Positions 45,501-54,280 of a stretch of 58,847 bases of DNA are shown here, in pieces. This stretch comes from a virus (Duplodnaviria; Caudoviricetes), in the IMG/VR virus record IMGVR_UViG_3300014613_000029, positions 1-58,847 of that record; one strand, written 5' to 3'. Position numbers and translations under genes: made by a program. The notes below the pieces were generated by a model that did not search any database, was not told the DNA's origin, and was given only the letters and a program-made list of their open reading frames with translations. The number at the start of each line of letters is the position of its first letter. The stretch's first letter is position 1.

Positions 45501-47560
45501 TTGCTAGGAAGTTAACACAGGTTGTTCAAGGTGGGAAGGGCTTAACAACGGAGAAGGTGTTTAAGACTTTAGGTGAGACTTTCAAACCAGCAATCGAGAG
45601 GATGAGAGAAGGAGGAGCTAAGGCTAAGCAAGTAGCTGCAACCTTTAGAAGTGCTAGAGTTCAGGAAACCTTTACGAAGAATCTCTCACGAGATGTTAAG
45701 GAGGCTACTAAGGACCTCTTGCCTAGTGAGAGGATAGAGTTTATAAGAGGTCTGTCTGGCACTCCTTCAGCAAAGTTGAAGAGCTCGGCTGCTCAGGCAG
45801 CTCTGCAAGAAGTTGATATCACAATTAATAAACTAGGTCTTCAGCCTCTCTATGAGGATGCGTTCAGGAAGCACTTCGGAGAGCTGATGGTCCATCCTCT
45901 TGAACAAGCAACCTCATCATTACCTCTTAGGACGATAATGAGTTATACCAAGCAGTTTGAGCGTAGGGCCGGTCTACAAAGTGGGCAGGTTACCTACACC
46001 CAAGCTCAAAACCTCTTAGATGAGATTATCACCCATCCGACCGTCAACCCAGAGATGAAGAAGTTGGCTGTCCAGCTTTACGATATGACGGCAATGACTC
46101 CAGTTGAGGCTGCGAAGGCTTCAAGCCATGCGATGGAGACCTTTCTTATTGACAAGCTTGTAAAGAATCCGGGGGTGGTCTCACCCGTGATGAAGTTGGG
46201 CTTCGTCGAATCAATCCATCCTAAGATTAAAGGAATGTATGTTTCGCGTGACTTAGAGCTTGAACTGGAGGGCATGATGAAGATGCATCGCTTTGCGAAT
46301 GATCTTTATCAGAAGTTCTTCTTAACGCCTTGGAAGACAAACAAGGTTGTTTTAAGACCGGCTGCTCATTTCAGGAACTTGATGAGTAATGTCATCCTTA
46401 ACGATTGGGGCGGCTTACCATTTTGGAGACAAGATGTTTACATACGGTCTCTCAACGAGGTACTAAGAAAAGGCCCTTTGTTTAAGGAGTTTACTAGGCT
46501 GGCAGGTGAGACACGATTTGCTACAGGTGAGGAGTTCTTCCGTCCACTAGCTAATGCAAGGCACGGAGACTCAGTTGCTGATATGATCTACCGGATTTAT
46601 GATGGTGCAGTTAGCCCGGCACGTAGTGCTTACGCGGCCGAGGAAACCTGGGCTAAGCTTGCGAAGTATATTCATAATCGTGAGCTAGGAATGAACAAGG
46701 TAGAAGCTGCAGTGGACGCTGTGAAGTGGACGTTTAACTATCAGGAGGTTACTCCAGCACTTGCTCGCCTCCGAACTGCTTGGTGGGGTGCGCCATTTGC
46801 TACTTGGACAAGCAAGGCTATTCCGTTGACAGCAGAGACAGCAGTGAAGCATCCTTTACGCTTTGGTAAGTGGGTCGCTCTTGGGTATTATCTTAATGGT
46901 TATGCTCTCAATCAGATTGGTATGAGTGAAGAGGAGTGGGAGAGTATGAAGAAGGTAATGCCTGATTATATTGGCAAATCGTTGATGTTAATGCTGCCCT
47001 ATCGAGGTGCAGAGGGTGAGTTGAAGATGCTTAATCTAACGTGGATGATTCCAGGCATTGGCGATCTGGCGGAGATTAGGCAGAAAGGTGAGGAGTCACC
47101 GGGCTCACTTGCTACGATAGCCTTTCAGAATCCGGTCGGTAATATTCTGGCAGCTTGGAAGCTTAATAAGAAGTTTGGTGGTGCTCCGATTTGGCACGAC
47201 TGGGAGTCTTATCCTACTCAAGCAGCGAAGATGTTGAATTACGCTTGGCAGCAATGGGCACCGGCGGTAGTACCTGGTGGAGCAGACTGGAAGGCTGTGT
47301 ATAATGCATTGACGGAAGCACCTGAAGCTCCTTCACCAGAGGAGGCTTTGGCGGGCCAGTTTGGTCTTAGGATAACGACAGTCTCTCCTGAAGCGGCGTT
47401 TAGAAGGAAGGCAGCTCTTGATAAGATCCATAGAGCAGAGATTATGCAAGAGATGAGAAGACAGTTGCGGTTCGCAACATCTCCTGAAGAGCAAGAGGAG
47501 ATTGTTAGGAGTGCCCAGGAGTATTTGATGAGTCAGGGTGAAGAGGAAGAAGAGGATTAG
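42557..47560 (+). CDS. Giant ejection polyprotein: N-terminal effector modules (two ART-fold) separated by AEA linkers, then a membrane-spanning core and a large-polyvalent-protein-like C-terminus
   Basis: ATG 42557 overlaps the upstream TAA. Seven AxA-type linkers. IYH...GVYFS...YDAII...QEVIAMNP ART pattern. C-terminal RNLMSN, KWTFNY, PFATW. Confidence 0.8.
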   Translation: MPSLAELLAGKIVEGLGPAEAEAAPKLPKGLKPKGMIPPEEYLKNLPKEELDRLWEYARSLVKDKKLKEPITKEMVPERLKKFFPVVGGGLVASQLLEPEEAEAAGPEAIWRKVVKEQVPEKLKKIYRIMQPMELMRPVSKESAQWPGTGMTALEPGGLYFAKEFGDLPMLLNPDIVIGHPWSAKQTMKELKTNFGYKKMSEAIIRGEIKPEAKVLNAENVEIWYNTLDQFSKTLKGKQKATFQNLLEDTKAGNWLEEISTPEEEAIQRKLTNWLSKQYDVAIFPDVAMGAGHLPQVVALNPGAVIGRTKKQGKWITRTLGVAGGGLLASQLGEEEAEAAPLTKPVREIYRQVSKEGKRIYHITDPRTAEKLLEKGIENPRIAKHFWEDWKPLGVYFSPNLESAAKLAPTGLGGEYTTVRKVLGRRHPNAPVDVVRGVLKSDRVLEIDESKLKQAFSDFANMNKPSEATSLKLLDETELNKLNQKWSRVLSKKYDAIIVNNVDGIKEAQEVIAMNPKSVKLFYKNLRWPIIAGATTVGASLGLDQEAAASGLMSPINLVGEAEAAPKLNKILFDQLWGSINRTEDEFLKQEFRQLLSKYGLTVENKTLADYARILEKEFPRTIKKVIPGAIIGGGLLTSQQKAEASGLQPPINLTGEALAQPLGEETGGLQPPIQLGGGPLEGLPPRPQPIAEGGEPIDLVQREPGLYALPEEKMRADVERQEAIERGEVLRKEPRGLLRRGAEMFLGEGPVSAVTHPIETAKLAAEGYTRPLEELGQEVSKQALAFGAAAMTAGIVNPITISMATRLGPNIAGKLLPALVKNAAIWSAFQLPFAMTGEVPQEKEVKEEAGVAHAIAFDPSVMGERPGKLGPPSPADVAEDLAWAGAMGAGFGLLGKVFVPAFKGLYRVFGWPFSPLKPYWAKVADLVWESHSIPTIAGIGAVGATVGALTDEEPLEGALKGAGLALGGKALIESGHLPNIFARKLTQVVQGGKGLTTEKVFKTLGETFKPAIERMREGGAKAKQVAATFRSARVQETFTKNLSRDVKEATKDLLPSERIEFIRGLSGTPSAKLKSSAAQAALQEVDITINKLGLQPLYEDAFRKHFGELMVHPLEQATSSLPLRTIMSYTKQFERRAGLQSGQVTYTQAQNLLDEIITHPTVNPEMKKLAVQLYDMTAMTPVEAAKASSHAMETFLIDKLVKNPGVVSPVMKLGFVESIHPKIKGMYVSRDLELELEGMMKMHRFANDLYQKFFLTPWKTNKVVLRPAAHFRNLMSNVILNDWGGLPFWRQDVYIRSLNEVLRKGPLFKEFTRLAGETRFATGEEFFRPLANARHGDSVADMIYRIYDGAVSPARSAYAAEETWAKLAKYIHNRELGMNKVEAAVDAVKWTFNYQEVTPALARLRTAWWGAPFATWTSKAIPLTAETAVKHPLRFGKWVALGYYLNGYALNQIGMSEEEWESMKKVMPDYIGKSLMLMLPYRGAEGELKMLNLTWMIPGIGDLAEIRQKGEESPGSLATIAFQNPVGNILAAWKLNKKFGGAPIWHDWESYPTQAAKMLNYAWQQWAPAVVPGGADWKAVYNALTEAPEAPSPEEALAGQFGLRITTVSPEAAFRRKAALDKIHRAEIMQEMRRQLRFATSPEEQEEIVRSAQEYLMSQGEEEEED

Positions 47561-47763
47561 TATTTGAAAGTTAACCTGATCTCCTTTATATGTAGAAAAT
47601 TAGGTACTTGTACTCCTCCTACTGTTCCCATCTCTCCTGCGTGCCCAGAGGCCATTGAAAAGCAAGTATACCTACCGTGAGAATTCTTAGGCATCTGGAA
47701 GCGTAGTGCTTTCAAAGCTCCTTTATTCTTACCAGTTTTAAATCTAATAGTCTTTGTCATCAT
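47557..47763 (-). CDS. Hypothetical protein (last gene of the minus arm; stop overlaps the giant gene's stop)
   Basis: AGGAGG RBS. Confidence 0.55.
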   Translation of the reverse strand: MMTKTIRFKTGKNKGALKALRFQMPKNSHGRYTCFSMASGHAGEMGTVGGVQVPNFLHIKEIRLTFKY

Positions 47764-47778
47764 TTCTTCAACCTCCTT

Positions 47779-48258
47779 TCACTTTACCCACCTACAAGGC
47801 CTTTCATAACAATCAGGTTCAAGATAGCAGACCTTTTCTAAGCACTGTCTCATCTTTTCAGTCTGTCTAAAGGCTTCCTTTTGAGCTTTGTCCCAATCGA
47901 ACTCTTTTTCAAGTTTGTCAACCTCTTCCGAAGTTAGGTCTCTACCTTCTGGACATGAAGAGGGAGTAGAAATAGAAACAGAGTTCCTTCTAGGAGACTT
48001 CTTAGCTCTCAAGACACTACTCACCTGAGCTTTAGTTGTCTTCCTATCGTAATCATCCCATAGATTGGTAGTATGGATAACCTTACACACTTTATCAGCG
48101 TTATCGTTATGAGCCCAAAGCAGGTGGCCCGCTAACCAAACTCTTTCGTTATGAGTTGGGTGATGAGATGTAAGAATCTGTCTCATTTGTATGTTAGGCT
48201 TTTCTTGAATGAAGCTCTTTTTGATTACTTGTTTCCTCTTCATGTCCTTAGGACTCAC
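47779..48258 (-). CDS. Primase accessory (PriL-CTD/PriX-like helical) protein
   Basis: THNERVWLAGHL...WDDYDRKTTKAQVSSV resembles primase large-subunit C-terminal motifs. Confidence 0.45.
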   Translation of the reverse strand: MSPKDMKRKQVIKKSFIQEKPNIQMRQILTSHHPTHNERVWLAGHLLWAHNDNADKVCKVIHTTNLWDDYDRKTTKAQVSSVLRAKKSPRRNSVSISTPSSCPEGRDLTSEEVDKLEKEFDWDKAQKEAFRQTEKMRQCLEKVCYLEPDCYERPCRWVK

Positions 48259-48261
48259 TTC

Positions 48262-48597
48262 TTAACTCCTTTTCAGCCTCCTCCTTGCTTTCTCTACAGT
48301 AGTTTTACTCACACCATACTTCTTACAAAGCTCTTTTAGAGACATCTCTTCAAGATCGCTTTGTAAGAACTTCGTTTCTATCCTTCTCGGTCCTCCTCTC
48401 TTCTTAAGGTTGATGCCTGTCTTGAGAAGCTTCTCTCGAAGAGCAAAAGGACTTACTTCGCAGAGATCTGCAATCTGCTTGATGCTCATTGTGAGGTCGC
48501 AGTAACACTCAAACAATACCTCGTCTACGTCTTCTATATCTGCTAGCTGAGGTACTTTCATTCTAAGCTTTTCTATAGTACTACGCCAATATATCAC
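48262..48597 (-). CDS. Double HTH DNA-binding protein
   Basis: SIKQIADLCEVS and SLKELCKKYGVSKTTV. Confidence 0.75.
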   Translation of the reverse strand: MIYWRSTIEKLRMKVPQLADIEDVDEVLFECYCDLTMSIKQIADLCEVSPFALREKLLKTGINLKKRGGPRRIETKFLQSDLEEMSLKELCKKYGVSKTTVEKARRRLKRS

Positions 48598-49022
48598 CTA
48601 TCTAACACCTCCCTTCTGAACTTCCATCTCTCAAGCTGAGCCTGTTTCATTTTGGCCTTAGTTTCTAAAGAGTGTGTCTTTCCTCGCATTGCCCTACCCA
48701 TTCCTTTCTTCGCTTCTTCTGAAAATCGTCTTCCTGTATTTGCTTTTCTTATTCCCTCTTTATGCTTTTCAGAAATATGTTTACCTGTATGATGAAAGCT
48801 TGTATGCTCTGCTCTAGTTATTAGCTTTAGATTGGAGAAATTATCATTAAGAGAATTGCCATCAATGTGATGAACTATCTCATTCTTAGTTAAGAATCTG
48901 TTAAGGTGCTCTTCCATAAGAGCTCTAGCGTATGATTTAACTCCGCCTGCTGACCCTATGTAGAGATGTCTGTCCTTCTTATTATACCAAAATGCCATTA
49001 TGCTTCTCTCCTCTCTTGCCAA
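48594..49022 (-). CDS. HNH homing endonuclease with NUMOD3 repeats
   Basis: VHHIDGNSLND..SNL...EH; GKHISEKHK, GRRFSEEAK, GKTHSLETK repeats. Confidence 0.85.
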   Translation of the reverse strand: MAREERSIMAFWYNKKDRHLYIGSAGGVKSYARALMEEHLNRFLTKNEIVHHIDGNSLNDNFSNLKLITRAEHTSFHHTGKHISEKHKEGIRKANTGRRFSEEAKKGMGRAMRGKTHSLETKAKMKQAQLERWKFRREVLDR

Positions 49023-49149
49023 GCTATCTTCTTAAGACTTAAATCTAATGAATAAAAATGTCATTGATGTTATCTTCATCCTCAAGCTGAGGGATACGGG
49101 CTTTTAGTAAGGTAACTATTTTCTTCCAATAGATCATCTCTATTCTCCT

Positions 49150-50019
49150 TTATGAACGAAATCCAAGAAAAGTAGGAAATCGTGGTTTGTCAACTGATCC
49201 ACACTCCTGGTGCTTGTACTTAATAATCTTTCCTCTAAAGGTCTCCTGGTTAAGCCAGATCTCCTTTCTCTGTGCTTCATCCAGACCGGACCCAACACTA
49301 AAGACAACTCCCGTTTCGATGTCCTTAACGACGAAGGCTCCTAACATTCCACTAGGCTGAAGGTTAGCCTGATGACTACTACGCTTTGCAAGACCGAAGG
49401 CATCTTTTGTTTGAGGGTTGAGGTTGATCATTCTCTGTTCAAAGTCAAGGATGATGGCTTCGCCATCTTCAAATCTCTTCAGCTTTAACAAGTAGCCTTC
49501 CTTTGTTGTCGACCGACCTTCTTTATAAGGTCCGTCATGCGAGCGAATCATCACACCTTCATAGCCATCCTTAAGGACTTCATCCTCATACTTGAGGAGA
49601 TCATCTTCATTACCAATGGTACGGAAAGTAAGAATAGACACATCACTAGCTTTAGGAAGAGCATTAGCTATTGAAGTGATCCTGTCGTAGTAAGCTCTCT
49701 TCCCTTCTTCAAAGCCACCAAACCAATCAAAGATCCAGTATTCGACTTTGCTAATATCAGAGTACTCACCCATTACAGCTGAGCTTATCTCGTTAAAGGC
49801 TATTGATGGAATGACAAGCTCTCCGTCTACTCCAGCTGGAAGCCATCTGAACTTCTTATTGATCTCTCGATTGCGAAAGGGCTTGAAGTTACGCGAGATG
49901 AGAGACCCGTTTGTTTCGAGTTTAAGAGCACGAATGCCATCAAGTTTAGGGGTGCAAAGAACGGGGTACTTAAGAGTTGATAAGTCTGCTTTGCCAGCAA
50001 GCATTGGTCTTTTAATCAT
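49150..50019 (-). CDS. lig: ATP-dependent DNA ligase (minimal type)
   Basis: PKLDGIR, DGEL, IFD, EGVMIR, LLKLKRFED, PRFP. Confidence 0.95.
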   Translation of the reverse strand: MIKRPMLAGKADLSTLKYPVLCTPKLDGIRALKLETNGSLISRNFKPFRNREINKKFRWLPAGVDGELVIPSIAFNEISSAVMGEYSDISKVEYWIFDWFGGFEEGKRAYYDRITSIANALPKASDVSILTFRTIGNEDDLLKYEDEVLKDGYEGVMIRSHDGPYKEGRSTTKEGYLLKLKRFEDGEAIILDFEQRMINLNPQTKDAFGLAKRSSHQANLQPSGMLGAFVVKDIETGVVFSVGSGLDEAQRKEIWLNQETFRGKIIKYKHQECGSVDKPRFPTFLGFRS

Positions 50020-50122
50020 CCTGGCTCACCTCCCTTCACGAGCTATCTGCAAGACCGACATGGCTAGAACACCTATGAAGAATCCAATGAAGATACCTAC
50101 AGTAAGAGTTACCCAGAACATT

Positions 50123-51376
50123 TTATTTTACCTCCTTTCCTTTAAGACTAAAAACCCAGTTTCGTGTACCATCGCCCTTCTTCTCGCCTGAGTCTTCGAC
50201 GCAAAGAACACCACGATTACGAAGGATGTTAATCGCTTCGTAGAACTGCCTCTCTCCCTGGGAAAGGTACCTATACGTCCTATTAAGCAGGTCCATCTCA
50301 CTAAGCTTACCATGAATCTTTAAAAGATCCTCTATATCAGAAACGATCTGCATTCTTGGATGGGTAGAGAGCTGTTCAATCCTTGAGCCTACCTCCTTCC
50401 TAAGACAATAAATTATCTCTTTAGCTTTAAGTACATCCGGCCCATCAAGCTTTAGTCTTCCCTTATCGATCGCTAAGAGCATTGCTATACGAAGTGTCTG
50501 CTCACTCTCTCTTTCTCGATAAGCATCTTCCTGAACATTACCTGTAGGCTGACCTTCAGTGTAGCAAATATCATACTCTTTAAGGCCGGAAGTTGACCAT
50601 TCAAACTTACCTTTAACTTCTTCAAAAGCTCGAAGTCCTTCTACAAGAGATTTCCAACTAGAGCCTGAAGGCTTTTTAGGAAGTGTAACACGTTTAAAGT
50701 AGTTAATTGGCATCTCTACAAGAATGAAGCGGCTCATAAAACCGCCTGTGAAGGCGTCTTGCGGAAGCATATGTTGAAGCCATTGAGGTGTCGAGCCTCC
50801 TAGAATAGAGATGCAGTTATTCTTAAGAACTTCCTTCCCACGGCCAATTGTCTCGCCTCGCCATACTTCACGGAAGTCGTAGAGATCGGTTATTAAGGAG
50901 ACCATGCCTACGTTATACTGTTGCTTGCCGAAGAACACTGAAATCTCTGGTGCCTTGATCAGGCCTGTTGCATCCCGTGGGCCGATACGGATTCGCTCAC
51001 CTGAGGTTTGCGGAGCACTAAGATTCCTAACCAGAGTTTCAGGAGTAAGCTTATCTGCCAGAACGCGAGCGTTCGGCGTAGCCTGCTCGAGGCAGTTGCA
51101 GGCCATGTTAATACATGCTGTTTTGTGCCCTCTACCTGGAGGAGCAAGAAGGATTACCCAGGGGTTAGGGAAGAGTTTGGGCAGTAAGCCTTCATCGCCC
51201 CGCTGGATCCATACCTTGTTACTTATCACGGTACCCATTACACAGCAGGCACTGAAGAAACGAAAACGAGGGCACACTTCAAGGCCGCTTGTAAAGTGAA
51301 GGTATTTACCTAACCAACCTTCCTTTGGAAGAAACTCTTCAAGAGAGTCGAACTCTTTTTCATTTCGTGAGGTCAT
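50123..51376 (-). CDS. DUF3987-type P-loop ATPase (putative replicative helicase)
   Basis: LLAPPGRGHKT, TPETL, LITDLYD, ISILGGSTP, GGFMSRF; C-terminal wHTH. Confidence 0.75.
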   Translation of the reverse strand: MTSRNEKEFDSLEEFLPKEGWLGKYLHFTSGLEVCPRFRFFSACCVMGTVISNKVWIQRGDEGLLPKLFPNPWVILLAPPGRGHKTACINMACNCLEQATPNARVLADKLTPETLVRNLSAPQTSGERIRIGPRDATGLIKAPEISVFFGKQQYNVGMVSLITDLYDFREVWRGETIGRGKEVLKNNCISILGGSTPQWLQHMLPQDAFTGGFMSRFILVEMPINYFKRVTLPKKPSGSSWKSLVEGLRAFEEVKGKFEWSTSGLKEYDICYTEGQPTGNVQEDAYRERESEQTLRIAMLLAIDKGRLKLDGPDVLKAKEIIYCLRKEVGSRIEQLSTHPRMQIVSDIEDLLKIHGKLSEMDLLNRTYRYLSQGERQFYEAINILRNRGVLCVEDSGEKKGDGTRNWVFSLKGKEVK

Positions 51377-51514
51377 TAAACCTCCTTCCTAACCATCTCT
51401 TCCTTCTCCACCACTCTCGAAGCTCCCAGCTTAGCTTTATTAAGAAGTAGGTAAACCAGGCTGAGAGAAGAAGAAGGTAGAAGAGGAGTGCTCCTTTTAT
51501 TAAGCTCATAACTT

Positions 51515-51733
51515 CTACCTCCTCCTAGCATCATAAATCACTTGTGTAGGCAGGTATTTCAATATAAAGTTCCATTCTTGTAGAGAAATGTCAGCAACGG
51601 TTGCGTTGTTACTGCCCTCAAATATTATCTTTATTCTTATCATGTCTGGAGTACTTTCGTTAGTTTTACTAATAAGAGCAACTTTGTCTATATCCAACAG
51701 CATCTCAGTTACATCATCAAATCTTATGATCAT
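51515..51733 (-). CDS. Hypothetical protein
   Basis: GAGGAG RBS. Confidence 0.55.
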   Translation of the reverse strand: MIIRFDDVTEMLLDIDKVALISKTNESTPDMIRIKIIFEGSNNATVADISLQEWNFILKYLPTQVIYDARRR

Positions 51734-51912
51734 AGCTTAGACTCCTCTCGATTTTGTTTGATATCTCGACTTATCTCTTCTTGAAGCTTTTTTGTAGTTT
51801 CGTTCATATACTTATGACGTAAGGTATCTAAGGCAAGAAGGATTTCCCGTTTACTCCAGACACCCCGGTTACTCTCATTAAAGAAGTTTCTAATAAGCGT
51901 AAATATGTCCAT
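51730..51912 (-). CDS. Hypothetical protein
   Basis: AGGAGG RBS. Confidence 0.55.
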   Translation of the reverse strand: MDIFTLIRNFFNESNRGVWSKREILLALDTLRHKYMNETTKKLQEEISRDIKQNREESKL

Positions 51913-51922
51913 TTAACCTCCT

Positions 51923-52552
51923 TTAAACTAAGTCTAGAGGATCTTTTACTCCCGCTTCCCTAAACCCTTTATCCCGGTTAAGACAAGAGTTACATTTATG
52001 ACATGGTTTGTTCTCCCCGCGATAACAACTCCATGTCTTCTCAAAAGGAACTTTTAAGCTCAAGCCCAGCTGAATGATTTGAGCCTTTGTTAAGTGAAGC
52101 AACGGTCCATGTATAGTTACTTTATAGTTCATTCCTACGCAGAGAGCATCTTGCATAAGACCAAGAAATGCTGGACGGCAGTCCGGATAACCTCCAAAGT
52201 CTATAATGTTCCATCCTCCTACGATGTGCTTAGCCTTAATCTCTAAGGCAATACCTCCTGCGTAGGCAAGCTGTATGATATTTCTTGCTGGGACGTAAGC
52301 AGTACCCTTTACTTCCTTTCTTCCTTTTAGAAGACAGCTACTACACCAATCCATGTCTAGCACTACCTCTTTAAGAGAATAAGAAGAAAATAAGCTGCAT
52401 ATTTCACTTGCATACTTTTTCTCCTTAGTATGCTTTTGATTATAGTTAAACCAAACCGGGTATACTTCCCACCCTTGTTCATAAACTGCCCAAGCCATAG
52501 CTACTGCTGAGTCCATTCCTCCACTAATTAAGCAAATGCATTTATCTTTCAT
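51923..52552 (-). CDS. queC: 7-cyano-7-deazaguanine synthase
   Basis: SGGMDS, YVPARN, YPDCR, TWSCY...CxxCxxC; ATG 52552 after AAGGAG. Confidence 0.95.
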   Translation of the reverse strand: MKDKCICLISGGMDSAVAMAWAVYEQGWEVYPVWFNYNQKHTKEKKYASEICSLFSSYSLKEVVLDMDWCSSCLLKGRKEVKGTAYVPARNIIQLAYAGGIALEIKAKHIVGGWNIIDFGGYPDCRPAFLGLMQDALCVGMNYKVTIHGPLLHLTKAQIIQLGLSLKVPFEKTWSCYRGENKPCHKCNSCLNRDKGFREAGVKDPLDLV

Positions 52553-53042
52553 TACACTCTCCTTTTGATATGCCATATAGTAGTGAAGCTGTTGCATATA
52601 CTGCCACGAGTCTAAGTCTCTCCTCAAGACTGGTAGGTGTGTCGTTTTTGTTTATTCTAACCGGCACCTCCATTAGAATATCTCCACAATCTATTTCCTC
52701 TGTTACTTTATGAATTGTTACGGCGGTCCATTCAACACCGGCCTTGAGGGCCTGTATATGAGGGTCCTTACCTTTGAAGGCCGGCAGTTTGCCTGGATGG
52801 ACGTTAAACGTAGGGATGTGTTCAAAGAGTAAATTGGGAATGTGAGACATAAACCCTAAGGAAATGACTATGTCGAAGTTTTGTTCTCTTAGCCAAGACC
52901 AGTTTTGTTTTGGGTAAAGTATCCAGGCTACACCTGGAGGTGGTGCGTGTAACGATACTGCAGTGTGTACAGGGTATAAGGCATGCAGTAACTTCAACGC
53001 TTTACCAGTTCTAGAACTAAGGACTAGTACCCTCATTTTCAT
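52542..53042 (-). CDS. dpdN: PurN-like formyltransferase (putative preQ1 formyltransferase)
   Basis: NVHPGKLPAFKG, TIHKVTEEIDCGDI; sits between dpdA-like and queC. Confidence 0.75.
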   Translation of the reverse strand: MKMRVLVLSSRTGKALKLLHALYPVHTAVSLHAPPPGVAWILYPKQNWSWLREQNFDIVISLGFMSHIPNLLFEHIPTFNVHPGKLPAFKGKDPHIQALKAGVEWTAVTIHKVTEEIDCGDILMEVPVRINKNDTPTSLEERLRLVAVYATASLLYGISKGECNER

Positions 53043-53901
53043 GCTCCCTTATTAACCGTTCTAGGTAGAACTTTGCTTTCTTTAAATCTTCAAGGCCACC
53101 TTTAAACCTATAACGGCAGATGTATTTCAATACTGCACTTGGAAGGTAAGGCAAGTTCTGATCCTGTATAAAATCTAACACTTCGATACTTCCTTGCGTA
53201 TAGTGCTTAGGGTGGTTGACCTGATCTTCTTCATCTAAGAGATGCCTCAACTCTTGTATATTCTTCTTAGCTAATTGCAACTCCTTTATACTTAAAGTTA
53301 AGTTAAAGAACCCGGGAGTAGAGTGTAGATGAGGACAACCATTTGACACCCAGTCTTCCATTGTTTGTCCTAGTAAGGCTAACTTAATAGGCATGGAGGT
53401 ATCGCATGTTGCTGGCTTAGCTATCTTAAGCTCTTGTATGGATAGTAAGCCTAAGAAGTGACACTCTTCGAAACGTTTAAGTTTCTCTCTAGTACAATAC
53501 CTAAAGTCATAAGGCACGGCGAAGTGCTTAACTTCATAAGACTTAAAGTGCCCGATCCAGTCAGGGTGATGTATAATGACGCAAATCTTCTCAGGAGGTA
53601 CTCCGCAGTCTTGAAGCTTAAGAAAAGAGTTAAGCATGGTTTCTTGATTCCAGTCAGGATGGTCAGGTGCAACAACGTAGGTAGGCTGTAGCTCAGTATA
53701 GAGCTTAGACAGTAGAGAACAGCTATCCGGTTGCTTAAGCTCGTTCGTGGAGTTGTCGAGCCATAACTCTTTCTTAGTTCTTAGCATAAACTCTTTGTAC
53801 TCTGGATATTTGTACAAAAAGCTTAAGGAGAAGTGAAAGTCTTGAAGGTGCTCAAAAGCCTCTAAATGCTTTATAGGAACTTCAAATGAAAGTTTAATCA
53901 T
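53017..53901 (-). CDS. dpdA: DpdA-like (TGT-fold) deazaguanine transglycosylase fused to a DUF3310 domain
   Basis: LWLDNS, VAPD, HFLG, CDTS motifs; C-terminal VNHPKHY...VLKYICR...[14 protein letters not shown]. Confidence 0.65.
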   Translation of the reverse strand: MIKLSFEVPIKHLEAFEHLQDFHFSLSFLYKYPEYKEFMLRTKKELWLDNSTNELKQPDSCSLLSKLYTELQPTYVVAPDHPDWNQETMLNSFLKLQDCGVPPEKICVIIHHPDWIGHFKSYEVKHFAVPYDFRYCTREKLKRFEECHFLGLLSIQELKIAKPATCDTSMPIKLALLGQTMEDWVSNGCPHLHSTPGFFNLTLSIKELQLAKKNIQELRHLLDEEDQVNHPKHYTQGSIEVLDFIQDQNLPYLPSAVLKYICRYRFKGGLEDLKKAKFYLERLIREHENEGTSP

Positions 53902-54280
53902 AGATTACTCCTTTCGCACATACTGTAATTCCCCCTCTTGATACGGAAGCTACAAGTACTTCTACCTGGCATTCTAAGACTTCGTGTAGGTCATGTGCTA
54001 TGTGCTGGGCAAGCTTCTCTGTGAATGCTCCGTAGTTGCGAAAACTTACACAGTAAAGCTTTAGAGACTTACTCTCTATACACCTTTCCTTCGGATAGTA
54101 AGTTATTGTAATTTCAGAATAGTCGGGTTGCCCTGTTATTGGACATAGTGAGGTGAACTCTTTGTTTACTAACGTTACTTCACGTACACCAGGATTCTCA
54201 AACCATTCAAGTAGCCCTTTATCAGGCCCTGAGTAGCTAAACTCTTTTTTAACCTGTAAAGCTTTAAATTGTTTTGTCAT
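53894..54280 (-). CDS. queF: PreQ0 reductase (QueF type I)
   Basis: [13 protein letters not shown] and the QueF motif ESKSLKLY. Confidence 0.92.
   Translation of the reverse strand: MTKQFKALQVKKEFSYSGPDKGLLEWFENPGVREVTLVNKEFTSLCPITGQPDYSEITITYYPKERCIESKSLKLYCVSFRNYGAFTEKLAQHIAHDLHEVLECQVEVLVASVSRGGITVCAKGVIYD

Noticed and set aside
12640-47560. Many minus-strand and alternate-frame ORFs in the late arm, and plus-strand ORFs in the early arm
   Set aside because: They are shadows of longer motif-bearing genes and lack RBSs.
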